DNA of 64,000 bases from contig CP119308.1 in assembly GCA_029203165.1 (NCBI GenBank), forward strand, positions 2,885,467 through 2,949,466, in the 5' to 3' direction. Position numbers and translations under genes: made by a program. This document shows positions 9,744 to 18,662 of this stretch, piece after piece. The stretch is from Candidatus Microbacterium colombiense (lineage in GTDB: Bacteria > Actinomycetota > Actinomycetes > Actinomycetales > Microbacteriaceae). The stretch's first letter is position 1. Each line of letters begins with the position of its first letter. The notes under the pieces were generated by a model that did not search any database, had not been told where the DNA came from, and saw only the letters and a list, made by a program, of their open reading frames with translations.

Positions 9744-11063
9744 TCAGTTACCCATCCCGATCGACTCGGCCTGCTGCTGCGCCGCGTCGAGCGCGTCCTG
9801 CGCGGATACTCCGCCGCGGACGACCTTCTCCATCTGCTCGCCGATGACCGTGCCGACCTGCGTCCAGGTGGAGACCTTGGGCAGGGTGACACCGGTCTCG
9901 AGGCCGGCCTGAACGGTCTCCAGGAGGCGGTCACCGGTCAGCGCGGGGTCTTCCCACGCCGCCTTGACGGCCGGCATGTTCTTGAAGATCTTGAACCATT
10001 CGACCTGGCTCGAGGGCTCCGACATGAAGCGCGTGAACTTCCACGCGGCATCCTTGTTCTCGGAGTCCGTGGGCACGAACCAGCTGCCGCCGCCGACCGT
10101 GGTGGCCGCATCGCCGTCGGGGCCGACCGGCATGGTCGACAGCGACAGGTTCTCGTCCGCCCAGCCCTCGCCGTTGGCGTCATCGAACCAGCCGACGAAC
10201 CAGGGGCCACCGTCGATGATCGCCGCGTTCTTGCCGGTGGACGACCAGGAGACGGTGTCGAGGAACGCCGGGCCGTCCGGCGAGGCGAGCCCGTCCTTGA
10301 TGAGGCTGGACCAGTACTCCAGCGCTTCGACGTTCTCCGGAGAGTTGATCGTCCACTCCGACAGGTCGTCGGAGATGAAGCCCCCGCCGTTCTGCTTCGC
10401 GAAGGTCAGCAGCTGACGCGCGGTGTAGGCGTCGTAGGCCGCGTACAGGGCCAGCGGGTACTCGACCCCGGAGTCCTTGAGCTTCTCGCCGAAGGTGCGC
10501 AGCCCGTCCCAGTCCTTCGGGGCCTCGGCGCCGGCGGCCTCGGCCAGATCCGAGCGGTAGATCACCATGTCGGCGTAGGCGTACCACGGCACACCGTAGG
10601 CGACGTCGTCGTAGACCGAGTTGTCCCAGATGACCTCGAAGAAGTCGTCCTTGTTCACCAGGCCGTCGGGAACCGGGTCGAATCCCCCGGTCGCGATCAA
10701 CGAGGCCTGCGTCTCGGTGAACGAGTAGATCAGGTCGGGAACGGTGCCGGCGGTGATCGCCGCGGTCATCTTCGACGCGAACTCCTCGCCGGGGATCTGC
10801 GTCATGTTGATCTCGACGTCGGGGTTGTCCTTCTTGAACTCATCGAACATCTGCGGCAGCTCGGCGCCGTCGGCACCCTCCGTCCAGATCTCGAGCGTGC
10901 CGGTCGCAGGCTTGTCGTCGACCGTGGTCGCGTCTCCGCCGGCGGCGGGCGTGTCAGCGCCGCGTCCGCAGCCGGTCAGCAGCAGTGCGCTGGATGCGAC
11001 CAGTGCGATTCCGAGCATCGTCGCCCGGCGTCGCGAGGAAGGGTATGTGTGCATCGCGATCAT
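9744..11063 (-). CDS. ABC transporter sugar-binding lipoprotein (extracellular solute-binding protein family 1)
   Basis: 439-aa ORF with a signal peptide and lipobox LLLTGCGRG. The composition and length are typical of a family-1 sugar SBP. It sits immediately upstream of the two permeases. Confidence 0.85.
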   Translation of the reverse strand: MIAMHTYPSSRRRATMLGIALVASSALLLTGCGRGADTPAAGGDATTVDDKPATGTLEIWTEGADGAELPQMFDEFKKDNPDVEINMTQIPGEEFASKMTAAITAGTVPDLIYSFTETQASLIATGGFDPVPDGLVNKDDFFEVIWDNSVYDDVAYGVPWYAYADMVIYRSDLAEAAGAEAPKDWDGLRTFGEKLKDSGVEYPLALYAAYDAYTARQLLTFAKQNGGGFISDDLSEWTINSPENVEALEYWSSLIKDGLASPDGPAFLDTVSWSSTGKNAAIIDGGPWFVGWFDDANGEGWADENLSLSTMPVGPDGDAATTVGGGSWFVPTDSENKDAAWKFTRFMSEPSSQVEWFKIFKNMPAVKAAWEDPALTGDRLLETVQAGLETGVTLPKVSTWTQVGTVIGEQMEKVVRGGVSAQDALDAAQQQAESIGMGN

Positions 11064-11110
11064 CTCCTAGTGGTGTTTTCGGGTAGTGCAGGTCTTCGGG
11101 TGGTGCAGAT

Positions 11111-12595
11111 TCAGAGTGCGGCGGTGACTGCGCGGGCGATGCGCACGGAGAGGGTCGCTCCCGTGAGCGTCGCGTTGCAGGTCAACGCGGTGGGAACCAC
11201 GCCGTTGCCGGCGAGGAAGAGGTTGTCGAAGCCCCAGACGCGACCGTCGGTGTCGACGACGCTCGTGCCGTCGTCGACCGGTCCCATGCGGACGGTGCCG
11301 GTGTAGTGCAGCGAAGCACCGGGCGGCAGGATCTCGGAGTCCCCGTCGGGGAAGGCGCCGATCGCGTTCGCGGCGGCACGCTGCACGTCCATGGTGCGGC
11401 GGATCTCGGCGAGGTCGTTCTCCGAGTAGGAGAAGTGCACCGTCATGTGCGGCATGCCGAGCGGATCGGTGAGCTCATCCGAGAACTCGATCCGGTTCTC
11501 CGGGCGGATCTCCGTCGCGCAGTACCAGCCCACGCCCAGCACATGCCGGCCGTCGAACTCGCGCTCCATGAGCTGTCCGTGCGCGGGCCGCACCGACCCG
11601 ATCGAGGGGCTCCAGTACGAGCCGATGAACGGCTCACCCGGCGGAGGGGTCGGGATGTCGTCGTCGCTGAGCCCGAGGCGGGCGGCGTCGATCACGACGT
11701 CGCCGTCGATCGAGGCGTGCTCGTTCAACCGCACCCCGAGCGCCTCGGGACGGATGCCGGACGCCCACAGCAGCTGCGGAGTGCGCAGCGCATCGGCGGC
11801 GATCAGGATCTGGGACCCGCGGAAGGTGCTCTCGGCGCCGGTCTCGACGTCCTTCGCGACCAGTCCGGTCACGCGTGCGCCGTCGTGCTCGAGGCGGGTC
11901 ACGAAGACACCGGTGCGGAAGGTGACGTTCTCCGCGCTGCCGTCGAAGATGAACGGGGCGATGTCGCGGGGACCGGTGCGGGCGAACGGGCGATCCGCGT
12001 GCGCGACACCGGCCATGGGCATGTAGCCGAACTCGCGCTCGGGGTCGGGGCTGGGGACCGCCGCTCGGATGGCCTCGAAGATCGGCTCGGTGAACGGGTT
12101 CTCCAGCAGCGGGCCGACGTAGGTGCGCAGCAGTCCGCGGGCCGTCTCGAGATCGGCGTCCCACTCGTCACGCGGCAGGAAGTCCGGCACCTCTTCGGCG
12201 TAGGGCCAGGGAGTCGCCGCGGTCCAGTGCACGCCCATCCCGCCGATGTTCCAGGCGACGGACGCGCCGGGGAACGCGGCGAAGTTGTGCCCGAAGAACG
12301 CGGCGGGGAACACCCCGGGTACGTCGGCCTGCCAGGCGTCGCCGTCGATCTCGTTCATCGAGACGGCACCCTTGACGTATTCGATCTGCCGCGCCCGACG
12401 CATCAGGTCCTCGTAGGAGGCGTTCAGCGCACTCTCGTCGGCTTCGACGAGGTGCTCGCCCGCGATGCTCGTGATCTCGCGTCCCGCCTCGAGCACGAGG
12501 ATGGATGCTGTCGGGTTCTGGGCGTGCACCTGCGCCGCGATGACCGCTCCGTTGGGACCTGATCCCACGATGACGAGGTCGTAGTTGTCTGTCAT
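11111..12595 (-). CDS. GMC family FAD-dependent oxidoreductase, pyranose-oxidase/glycoside-3-oxidase-like
   Basis: 494-aa ORF. The N-terminal DLVIVGSGPNGAV is an FAD Rossmann motif. The C-terminal GASLHYTGTVRMG...NLFLAGNGVVPTALTCNATLTG carries the GMC His/Asn catalytic pair region. The subfamily assignment is by eye only. Confidence 0.75.
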   Translation of the reverse strand: MTDNYDLVIVGSGPNGAVIAAQVHAQNPTASILVLEAGREITSIAGEHLVEADESALNASYEDLMRRARQIEYVKGAVSMNEIDGDAWQADVPGVFPAAFFGHNFAAFPGASVAWNIGGMGVHWTAATPWPYAEEVPDFLPRDEWDADLETARGLLRTYVGPLLENPFTEPIFEAIRAAVPSPDPEREFGYMPMAGVAHADRPFARTGPRDIAPFIFDGSAENVTFRTGVFVTRLEHDGARVTGLVAKDVETGAESTFRGSQILIAADALRTPQLLWASGIRPEALGVRLNEHASIDGDVVIDAARLGLSDDDIPTPPPGEPFIGSYWSPSIGSVRPAHGQLMEREFDGRHVLGVGWYCATEIRPENRIEFSDELTDPLGMPHMTVHFSYSENDLAEIRRTMDVQRAAANAIGAFPDGDSEILPPGASLHYTGTVRMGPVDDGTSVVDTDGRVWGFDNLFLAGNGVVPTALTCNATLTGATLSVRIARAVTAAL

Positions 12596-12611
12596 GTCGA
12601 TTCCTTCTCGC

Positions 12612-13724
12612 TCACACCTGGTCGGGGGTCACGTCGACCCAGCGCTCACCCTGTGCCGCGGCGAGCACGGCCTCGGTGAGCTGGGCGGCGCGCACGCCGT
12701 CGACGAAAGTCGGGAGGCCTTCCGGTGCCTCGCCGCGAATGGCCGCGTATGCGTCAGCGACGAAGCCGTTGAACGCGTCCTGGTAGCCCTGGCCGTGTCC
12801 GGCGGGCACGCGGGAGAACCGGGCGACTCCGGGGTGGGCGTGCGTCGGGTCGCGGAACAGCTGCCGATTGCCGTCGCGTGCGCCGATCCACAGCTCCTCC
12901 GGGCGCTCCTGGTCGAAGCGGATGCTCGACTCGGAGCCGTGGAGCTCGAGCGTGAGTGCGTTCTTGCGCCCGGCAGCCATCTGCGAGATCAGCAGAGTGC
13001 CGATGGCTCCGGACTGCATCTCGACCAGGATCGACACCGCATCCTCGTTCGTGACGGTGTGGCCGCCGCGCTCGTCGTACACCCGACGGGTGCGTGCGGT
13101 GAGCCTGACGATGCGCTCTCCCGCGACGAACTCGAGCAGATCGCACAGGTGCGAACCGATGTCGGCGAAGGCCCGCGAGGGACCGCCCTCGGCCGAGGTG
13201 GCACGCCAGTCGTCATCCTCCGGCAGCAGCATCCAGTCCTGCAGGTACCCACAGTCGACCGTGAGCAGCGCGCCGATCTCGCCCGCTGCCACACGCGCTC
13301 TGGCTTCGCGCACCATCGGGTGGTAGCGGTAGACGAACGGCACAGCGGCGACGACCCCCTGCTCGGCCGCGGCCTGGGCCATCGCTCGAGCCTCGGCGAG
13401 GCTGGTCGCGAGGGGCTTCTCGCAGATCACGTGCTTGCCGGCGTCGATCACCCGCAGCGCGAGCTCGGTGTGCGTCGCGTTCGGTGTGCACACGTGCACG
13501 ATGTCGGCGTCGCCGCTCAGCAGTTCATCGATGTCGCGGGCTGCGCGGTCGATGCCGAGTTCCTTCGCGGCCTGTGCGGCGCGGTCGGGGTGAGAGCTGG
13601 CGAGGATGGCCGTGGTGGCACCCGCCGCGCGAGCCGCGCGGCTATGCACCTGTGCCATGAATCCCCCGCCGAGGAAGCCGGATCGGATCGTTCCGACCTC
13701 GGTGTCAGTGACGTCCGTTGTCAT
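12612..13724 (-). CDS. Gfo/Idh/MocA family oxidoreductase
   Basis: ORF 12612..13751 trimmed to ATG 13724 (MTTDVTDTEVGTIRSGFLGGGFMAQVH...). It has the Rossmann motif FLGGGFMA and HVICEKPLA (EKP motif). First gene of the minus-strand operon. Confidence 0.85.
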   Translation of the reverse strand: MTTDVTDTEVGTIRSGFLGGGFMAQVHSRAARAAGATTAILASSHPDRAAQAAKELGIDRAARDIDELLSGDADIVHVCTPNATHTELALRVIDAGKHVICEKPLATSLAEARAMAQAAAEQGVVAAVPFVYRYHPMVREARARVAAGEIGALLTVDCGYLQDWMLLPEDDDWRATSAEGGPSRAFADIGSHLCDLLEFVAGERIVRLTARTRRVYDERGGHTVTNEDAVSILVEMQSGAIGTLLISQMAAGRKNALTLELHGSESSIRFDQERPEELWIGARDGNRQLFRDPTHAHPGVARFSRVPAGHGQGYQDAFNGFVADAYAAIRGEAPEGLPTFVDGVRAAQLTEAVLAAAQGERWVDVTPDQV

Positions 13725-13839
13725 GTCGATGATTCTGACACACCTCGGCATACTTTTGCTACTTATTCGTCAGAAGTTTATTTACCGTCGTCGAATCTGT
13801 CTCGACAGAGAACGAAAGGGTCTGTGGTTTACTGACCCT
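13725..13839. promoter_or_regulatory. Divergent promoter/operator region between the sugar operon and the ROK regulator
   Basis: Locally AT-rich 115-nt intergenic region. It contains the palindrome TCTGTC-tc-GACAGA (13796..13809) and a 7-bp inverted repeat TTCTGAC (13733..13739) / GTCAGAA (13769..13775). The promoter function is inferred from position only. Confidence 0.35.
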
Positions 13840-15036
13840 ATGAGCGACGCCGACCGCAACTTCGGGGGCGCATCGACCGGCGCCGGAGAGATCTTCCAGC
13901 TCCTCCTCGATGGCCATGCCCGCACCAAGGCCGACCTCGTGCACCTCACGGGTCTGGCACGGTCGACCGTGTCGTCTCGCGTCGACGCCCTGCTCGCCTC
14001 GGGGCTCGTGATCCCCGCGGGCGAGGCGGCCTCGACCGGAGGGCGCCCACCCTCGCGCGTCTCCTTCAACCCGCGGGCAGGCCTCGTGCTCGCCGTCGAC
14101 CTCGGCGCATCGCACGCGACGGTCGCGATCTCCGACCTCGGCGGGCGCATCCTCGCCTCGACCACGCACGACCTCGACATCGCCAGCGGCCCGGTCGCCG
14201 TGCTCGACCGCGTCGTGGCGGACGGCCGCGGACTGCTCGACGACACGACCCTGAGCAGGATCCCGGTCGTCGGCGTCGGGATCGGCGTCCCCGGCCCGGT
14301 CGAGCACTCCTCCGGTCGCCCCTACAACCCACCCATCATGCCGGGGTGGGACCGATTCGACATCCCCGCCTACGTGCAGCAGACCTTCGATGTGCCGGTG
14401 CTGGTCGACAACGACGTGAACGTGCTCGCCCTCGGCGAGCAGACGGCGAGCTTCCCCGAGACCACCGATCTGATCTTCGTGAAAGTGGCCACGGGCATCG
14501 GCGCCGGCATCATCGCCGGCGGCGTGCTGCAGCGGGGCGCCCAGGGCTCGGCGGGCGACATGGGCCACGTGCGCGTTCCGCACTCCCCAGATTCCCCGCA
14601 CGCCGGTGACGAGGACCGCGACCTCGAAGACCTCGCCAGCGGCAGCGCGATCGCGGCCGCTCTGCGCGCGCAGGGAACGGACGCCGAGACGAGCCACGAT
14701 GTCGTCGAGCTCGTGCGCTCGGGCAACGCCGCCGCGATCGAGGCGCTGCGTCAAGCCGGCCGCGATGTCGGCGAAGTGCTGGCCACGGTCGTCAATCTGT
14801 TGAACCCCTCCGTGATCGTGCTCGGCGGCAGCATCGCCCGCGCTGGAGAGCACCTGCTCGCGGGCGTCAGGGAGGTCGTGTACCGACGCTCCATTCCGCT
14901 CGCCACCCAGCACCTGGCCATCGTGCAATCGCCCACGGGCGAACGCGCCGCCGTACTCGGAGCAGCCGTGCTGGTCGCCCGCGAAGTGCTCTCACCCGCG
15001 AACGTCGACGCGCGCGTCACCGCCGCGTCGCGCTGA
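13840..15036 (+). CDS. ROK family transcriptional regulator
   Basis: ORF 13606..15036 trimmed to ATG 13840 (MSDADRNF...). It has an N-terminal wHTH (IFQLLLDGHARTKADLVHLTGLARSTVSSRVDALLASGLV) followed by a ROK sugar-kinase-like fold (LAVDLGASH, VGVGIGVPGPV, VDNDVNVLALGE). Confidence 0.85.
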   Translation: MSDADRNFGGASTGAGEIFQLLLDGHARTKADLVHLTGLARSTVSSRVDALLASGLVIPAGEAASTGGRPPSRVSFNPRAGLVLAVDLGASHATVAISDLGGRILASTTHDLDIASGPVAVLDRVVADGRGLLDDTTLSRIPVVGVGIGVPGPVEHSSGRPYNPPIMPGWDRFDIPAYVQQTFDVPVLVDNDVNVLALGEQTASFPETTDLIFVKVATGIGAGIIAGGVLQRGAQGSAGDMGHVRVPHSPDSPHAGDEDRDLEDLASGSAIAAALRAQGTDAETSHDVVELVRSGNAAAIEALRQAGRDVGEVLATVVNLLNPSVIVLGGSIARAGEHLLAGVREVVYRRSIPLATQHLAIVQSPTGERAAVLGAAVLVAREVLSPANVDARVTAASR

Positions 15037-16017
15037 TCATCCCCGGCGCTGCCGCCACGCGTCCTGCAGGGCGGGCTCCAGCTCGGGGTAGCGGAACTCG
15101 TACCCGGAATCCGTCAGCACCTGCGGGGCGACCCACCGGCTCTTGAGCACCAGTTCGGGCTCCTTGCGCAGCACCCACATCGCGGGTTCGAGCATGAAGC
15201 GCCACGCCGGAAGACCGAACGGCATGCCCACAACGCGCCGCAGCGTCGCCATCAGCCCGCGGTTGTCGCTCTGCGTCGGGGCCGAGATGTTCACCGGCCC
15301 GTCGATCGAGGGATCGTCGCGGATATGCCGCACCGCGCCGACCAGGTCATCGACGTGCACCCAGCTGAACTTCTGCCGCCCGCGCGAGCGGTGTCCCAGC
15401 GGCTGGTCCGGCTGGGTGGGATGCGGACCGATGCCGCGGTACCGCTGATGCGGGAACCACCAGCCGTCGAACTGCGGCCCGCCGAGGCCCCATCGCGCGA
15501 GCTGGAAGAAGAGGTCGGTCGCCGCACCGTCGCCGAGCACGATCGTGATGCGCAGAGCCACGCGGCGCGTGCCGGGGAGCTCACCACGGAACAGTTCGTC
15601 CTCCCAGGCGAGCGCGACATCGGGCGAGAAGCCCGTGTCGTACTCGGTGTCCGCCTCGGTCTGCGGGCGATCGAGCGCGTAGCGGTACACCGTGGCGCTG
15701 CTGGCGTTCATCCACACGGCCGGCGGTTCCGCGGATCGCTCGACCGCCTCGTGCAAGGCGCGGGTCGTGTCGATCCGGGAACGCAGGAACTCGTCGCGGT
15801 TCGCATCGGTGAAACGGCAGTCGATCGCCTTGCCGGCCAGGCCGATCAGCAGATCCGCCCCGTCGACGAGACGCAGGATCGCGTCCGAGTCGTCCCACCG
15901 GGCGTCGGGGCCGTTCCGGCCGATGACGCTGACCGCATACCCGTCGGCTTCGAGGGCGTCTTTCAACGCCGAGCCGAGGAACCCGGATCCGCCGCCGATG
16001 ACCGCTCGCTTCGCCAT
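15037..16017 (-). CDS. TIGR01777-family SDR/epimerase-like protein (YfcH-like, C-terminal DUF1731)
   Basis: ORF 15037..16212 trimmed to ATG 16017 (MAKRAVIGGGSGFLGSAL...). It has a Rossmann GGGSGFLG motif and a C-terminal RWVAPQVLTDSGYEFRYPELEPAL segment typical of DUF1731. Its stop abuts the ROK stop (TGATCA). Confidence 0.7.
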   Translation of the reverse strand: MAKRAVIGGGSGFLGSALKDALEADGYAVSVIGRNGPDARWDDSDAILRLVDGADLLIGLAGKAIDCRFTDANRDEFLRSRIDTTRALHEAVERSAEPPAVWMNASSATVYRYALDRPQTEADTEYDTGFSPDVALAWEDELFRGELPGTRRVALRITIVLGDGAATDLFFQLARWGLGGPQFDGWWFPHQRYRGIGPHPTQPDQPLGHRSRGRQKFSWVHVDDLVGAVRHIRDDPSIDGPVNISAPTQSDNRGLMATLRRVVGMPFGLPAWRFMLEPAMWVLRKEPELVLKSRWVAPQVLTDSGYEFRYPELEPALQDAWRQRRG

Positions 16018-16018
16018 C

Positions 16019-16390
16019 TCAGGCCTTCTCCTGGCCGTCGGGCTCGCCCTTGCGCTTCTCGATCTCCTGCCGAAGACGCCATTCCTCGATCTCCCGATCG
16101 AGATCCGCGATCTGCTGCTCGGTGGTTCGCGCATCGACGGGGGGCGCCGGACGCACCTCCGTCTGCACCGAACGGGGCGCGCGGCGCATGCGCGGGATCG
16201 AGATACCCTCACTGCCGTATTCGCGGCCCAGACCGAACCAGAGCAGACTGCCGACCAACGGGAGCAGGATGACGATGATGATCCACACCATCTTCGGCAG
16301 GTGCTTCACCTGGGAGTCGTCGCGAGTGATGATGTCGATCAGCGCACCGATCATCAGGGCGATGACGAGGAGCGAGAACAGGAACGGCAT
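16019..16390 (-). CDS. PLD nuclease N-terminal (PLDc_N) domain small membrane protein
   Basis: ORF trimmed to ATG 16390: MPFLFSLLVIALMIGALIDIITRDDSQVKHLPKMVWIIIVILLPLVGSLLWFGLGR... Two TM helices with the characteristic LP.VG...W/YF motif, then a charged tail. Confidence 0.7.
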   Translation of the reverse strand: MPFLFSLLVIALMIGALIDIITRDDSQVKHLPKMVWIIIVILLPLVGSLLWFGLGREYGSEGISIPRMRRAPRSVQTEVRPAPPVDARTTEQQIADLDREIEEWRLRQEIEKRKGEPDGQEKA

Positions 16391-16431
16391 GAGTTCAGGG
16401 TAGACGACGCCGAAGCGCCGCGCCCGGGTGA

Positions 16432-17361
16432 CTACGGCAGAAGATGCCCGGCAGCGCGGAACAGCTCGTACCACTCGGCCCGCGTGAGCTCGACATCGGC
16501 GCCTGCCGCGGCGTCCTGCACCCGCTCCGGCGTGGTGGTGCCGAGCACGACCTGCATCTTCGCGGGATGCCGGGTGATCCACGCCGTCGCGATGGCGATG
16601 GCGCTGACCTGATGCGCGGCCGCGAGACGATCGATCACCGCGTTGAGCTCGGCATACTCCGGATTGCCGAGGAACACTCCGGTGAAGAATCCTCCCTGGA
16701 ACGGCGACCACGCCTGGATGGTGATGCCGTTGATGCGGCAGTACTCGACGATCCCGCCGCCGTCACGACCGACGCTCTGCTCCGACCCCACCATGTTCAT
16801 CGCGATGGGCTGCGCGATGATCGGTGCGTGCGTGATCGACAGCTGCAGCTGGTTCGCGACGAGCGGCTGCGTGACGGCCGTGCGGAGCAGGTCGATCTGT
16901 CGCGGGGTGTGGTTCGACACCCCGAACGCGCGCACCTTGCCCGATGCCTCGAGTTCGTCGAACGCGCGCGCGACCTCCTCGGGCTCGACCAGCGCGTCGG
17001 GCCGGTGCAGCAGGAGAACGTCGAGACGGTCGGTGCGCAGTGCCCGCAGCGAGCCTTCCACCTGGGCGGTGATGTGCTCGTACGAGAAGTCGAACATCCC
17101 CTCCGACGGCACGATCCCGCACTTGGTCTGCAGGACGATCTCGTCGCGCTCGGCGCTGCTCAGCTGGAGCGCGTCGGCGAAGCGGGTCTCGCAGTGGTGC
17201 ATACTGCCGCCGTAGATGTCGGCGTGATCGAAGAAGTCGATGTCGGCGTCTCGTGCCGCGCGGTAGAGAGTGCGGATGTGGGCATCGTCCTTGTCGTCGA
17301 TGCGCATCATCCCGGCGATGACGGCGGGCGCGGTGGTTGATCCGAACGGAACGGTCTTCAT
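16432..17361 (-). CDS. Aldo/keto reductase
   Basis: 309-aa ORF. AKR hallmarks: FFDHADIYG (catalytic Asp/Tyr region), LQTKCG (Lys) and LLHRPD (His). Confidence 0.85.
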   Translation of the reverse strand: MKTVPFGSTTAPAVIAGMMRIDDKDDAHIRTLYRAARDADIDFFDHADIYGGSMHHCETRFADALQLSSAERDEIVLQTKCGIVPSEGMFDFSYEHITAQVEGSLRALRTDRLDVLLLHRPDALVEPEEVARAFDELEASGKVRAFGVSNHTPRQIDLLRTAVTQPLVANQLQLSITHAPIIAQPIAMNMVGSEQSVGRDGGGIVEYCRINGITIQAWSPFQGGFFTGVFLGNPEYAELNAVIDRLAAAHQVSAIAIATAWITRHPAKMQVVLGTTTPERVQDAAAGADVELTRAEWYELFRAAGHLLP

Positions 17362-17476
17362 GCCGCCACGATACCGCGCCGCCCGGGCGAGGCTGCGGGA
17401 GTCGACCGGAGGCGCGACCCCAGTGGCGCCCCCGGTCGTTCGCCTTCCCCTGCCTTCCCCTGCGTGGACGCGCGCG

Positions 17477-17713
17477 TCAGGGAGACGCGTCCGTCACGCG
17501 CGGCGACGGCACCAGAACGGAGGGGGAGAGCTCCAGCGCAGCCGCGATGGCGGCGAGTTCAGTGACCGTGAAGTCGGTGCTCGCCTGCATCTTGCGCCGC
17601 AGGGTGGAGTAGGCGATTCCCGATCGGTCTGCCAGCCAACGCTTGGACTGACCGAGTCGATCGAGTTCTGACGCGACCGCCACTGCCACCAGCTGTCGCT
17701 CATCTGTCGTCAC
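17477..17713 (-). CDS. Small helix-turn-helix protein (Cro/XRE-like)
   Basis: 78-aa ORF. GQSKRWLADRSGIAYSTLRRKMQASTDFTVTELAAIAAALELSPSVL resembles an HTH_3-type DNA-binding domain. It is divergent from the XRE-ImmA pair. Confidence 0.6.
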   Translation of the reverse strand: MTTDERQLVAVAVASELDRLGQSKRWLADRSGIAYSTLRRKMQASTDFTVTELAAIAAALELSPSVLVPSPRVTDASP

Positions 17714-17765
17714 ACGTCGACACTATCCGCCCGCATGGCGACAAGCAAGGGGAAAGCAGACCAGT

Positions 17766-18185
17766 ATGACGGCATCTTGGGTACGGAGCGGTGCTATCGT
17801 GACACGTGTGAAGACACCCTCCGAGGAGTTCAACGCCGCCGTCGGACGCCAGTTGCGTGGCGAGATCGGCGCAGCCGGGAGCAGCATCGCGGCGATGGCC
17901 CGCGATATCGGCATCGCCCGCAGTGCTCTCGACAACTATGTCACCGGCAAGCGCTCGATCCCCGTGCCCGTGGTCTACGCCGTCTGCGCCGCCGTGAAGG
18001 TCGCGCCCCATGTGCTGCTCCAGCGGGCCGAGGAGCGGTTGAGCACCGACAGCGACCAGGGTGCCGGCGTGCTCACCCCGTTCCGTCGTCGCCGGGATGT
18101 CACAGGCTCCGGCGAAGATATCCCCGAGGTCGCCTTCGGCTCCCGCGTCGGCCACGAGGGCGACACCGACGACCTCTACCAGTAG
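17766..18185 (+). CDS. XRE-family HTH transcriptional regulator (ImmR/CI-like)
   Basis: 139-aa ORF. FNAAVGRQLRGEIGAAGSSIAAMARDIGIARSALDNYVTGKRSIPVPVVYAVCAAVKVAPHVLL is an HTH_3-like domain. It lies immediately upstream of an ImmA/IrrE peptidase gene. Confidence 0.65.
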   Translation: MTASWVRSGAIVTRVKTPSEEFNAAVGRQLRGEIGAAGSSIAAMARDIGIARSALDNYVTGKRSIPVPVVYAVCAAVKVAPHVLLQRAEERLSTDSDQGAGVLTPFRRRRDVTGSGEDIPEVAFGSRVGHEGDTDDLYQ

Positions 18186-18192
18186 GGACACC

Positions 18193-18633
18193 ATGGACCA
18201 CCTCCTCCGACTCGTCGAGGAGAACGGTCTGCGCCTGGTCGAACGCACGGGTCCCACGCGCGGTGGGTATGACCACACGTCCTCGACGATCCGCCTCGCG
18301 CCGGGAATGAGTGTGCGCACGACCACGAGCGTGCTCGCCCACGAGCTCGGGCACGCCGTGCTGGGGCACACGGTCTCGCGCGACCCGAAGACGCGCGCCC
18401 GGCAGGAGCGCTGCGCCGACGAGTGGGCCGCCCGAGCCCTGATCACACCGGCGTCGTACGCCGCCGCCGAAGCCGCCCGCGGCACCCACCGCGCGAGCCT
18501 CGCGTTCGAGCTCGGCGTGACCGTGGAACTCGTCGACGCCTACCGGAGGATGCTCCAGCGCATCGGCGACAACACCTACGTCTCACCGCGCATGGGAACG
18601 GGGCAGTGGGCCGATCGGGTGACGGCCGGCTGA
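18193..18633 (+). CDS. ImmA/IrrE family (COG2856, DUF955) zinc metallopeptidase
   Basis: ORF 18061..18633 trimmed to ATG 18193 (MDHLLRLVEENG...). It has the HEXXH motif in VLAHELGHAVLGH plus a downstream E (QERCADEWAA). It starts 7 nt after the XRE stop. Confidence 0.7.
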   Translation: MDHLLRLVEENGLRLVERTGPTRGGYDHTSSTIRLAPGMSVRTTTSVLAHELGHAVLGHTVSRDPKTRARQERCADEWAARALITPASYAAAEAARGTHRASLAFELGVTVELVDAYRRMLQRIGDNTYVSPRMGTGQWADRVTAG

Positions 18634-18662
18634 GCCGCCACAACTCCGGGAGGAGCGCCTGA

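Noticed and set aside
7955-9934. 659-aa minus-strand ORF suggesting one giant permease
   Set aside because: Only the last 275 codons (from TTG 8782) are permease-like. The upstream part overlaps the real MalF-type permease (8779..9735) and the SBP gene in another frame and is Arg/Pro/His-rich. The same read-through artefact was trimmed at 36826..39222, 38505..40040, 40236..41510, 6990..8330 and 15037..16212.
17441-17463. Tandem CCTTCCCCTG CCTTCCCCTG repeat upstream of the 78-aa HTH gene region
   Set aside because: It has only two short copies in a non-coding spacer, too small to call a meaningful repeat element.
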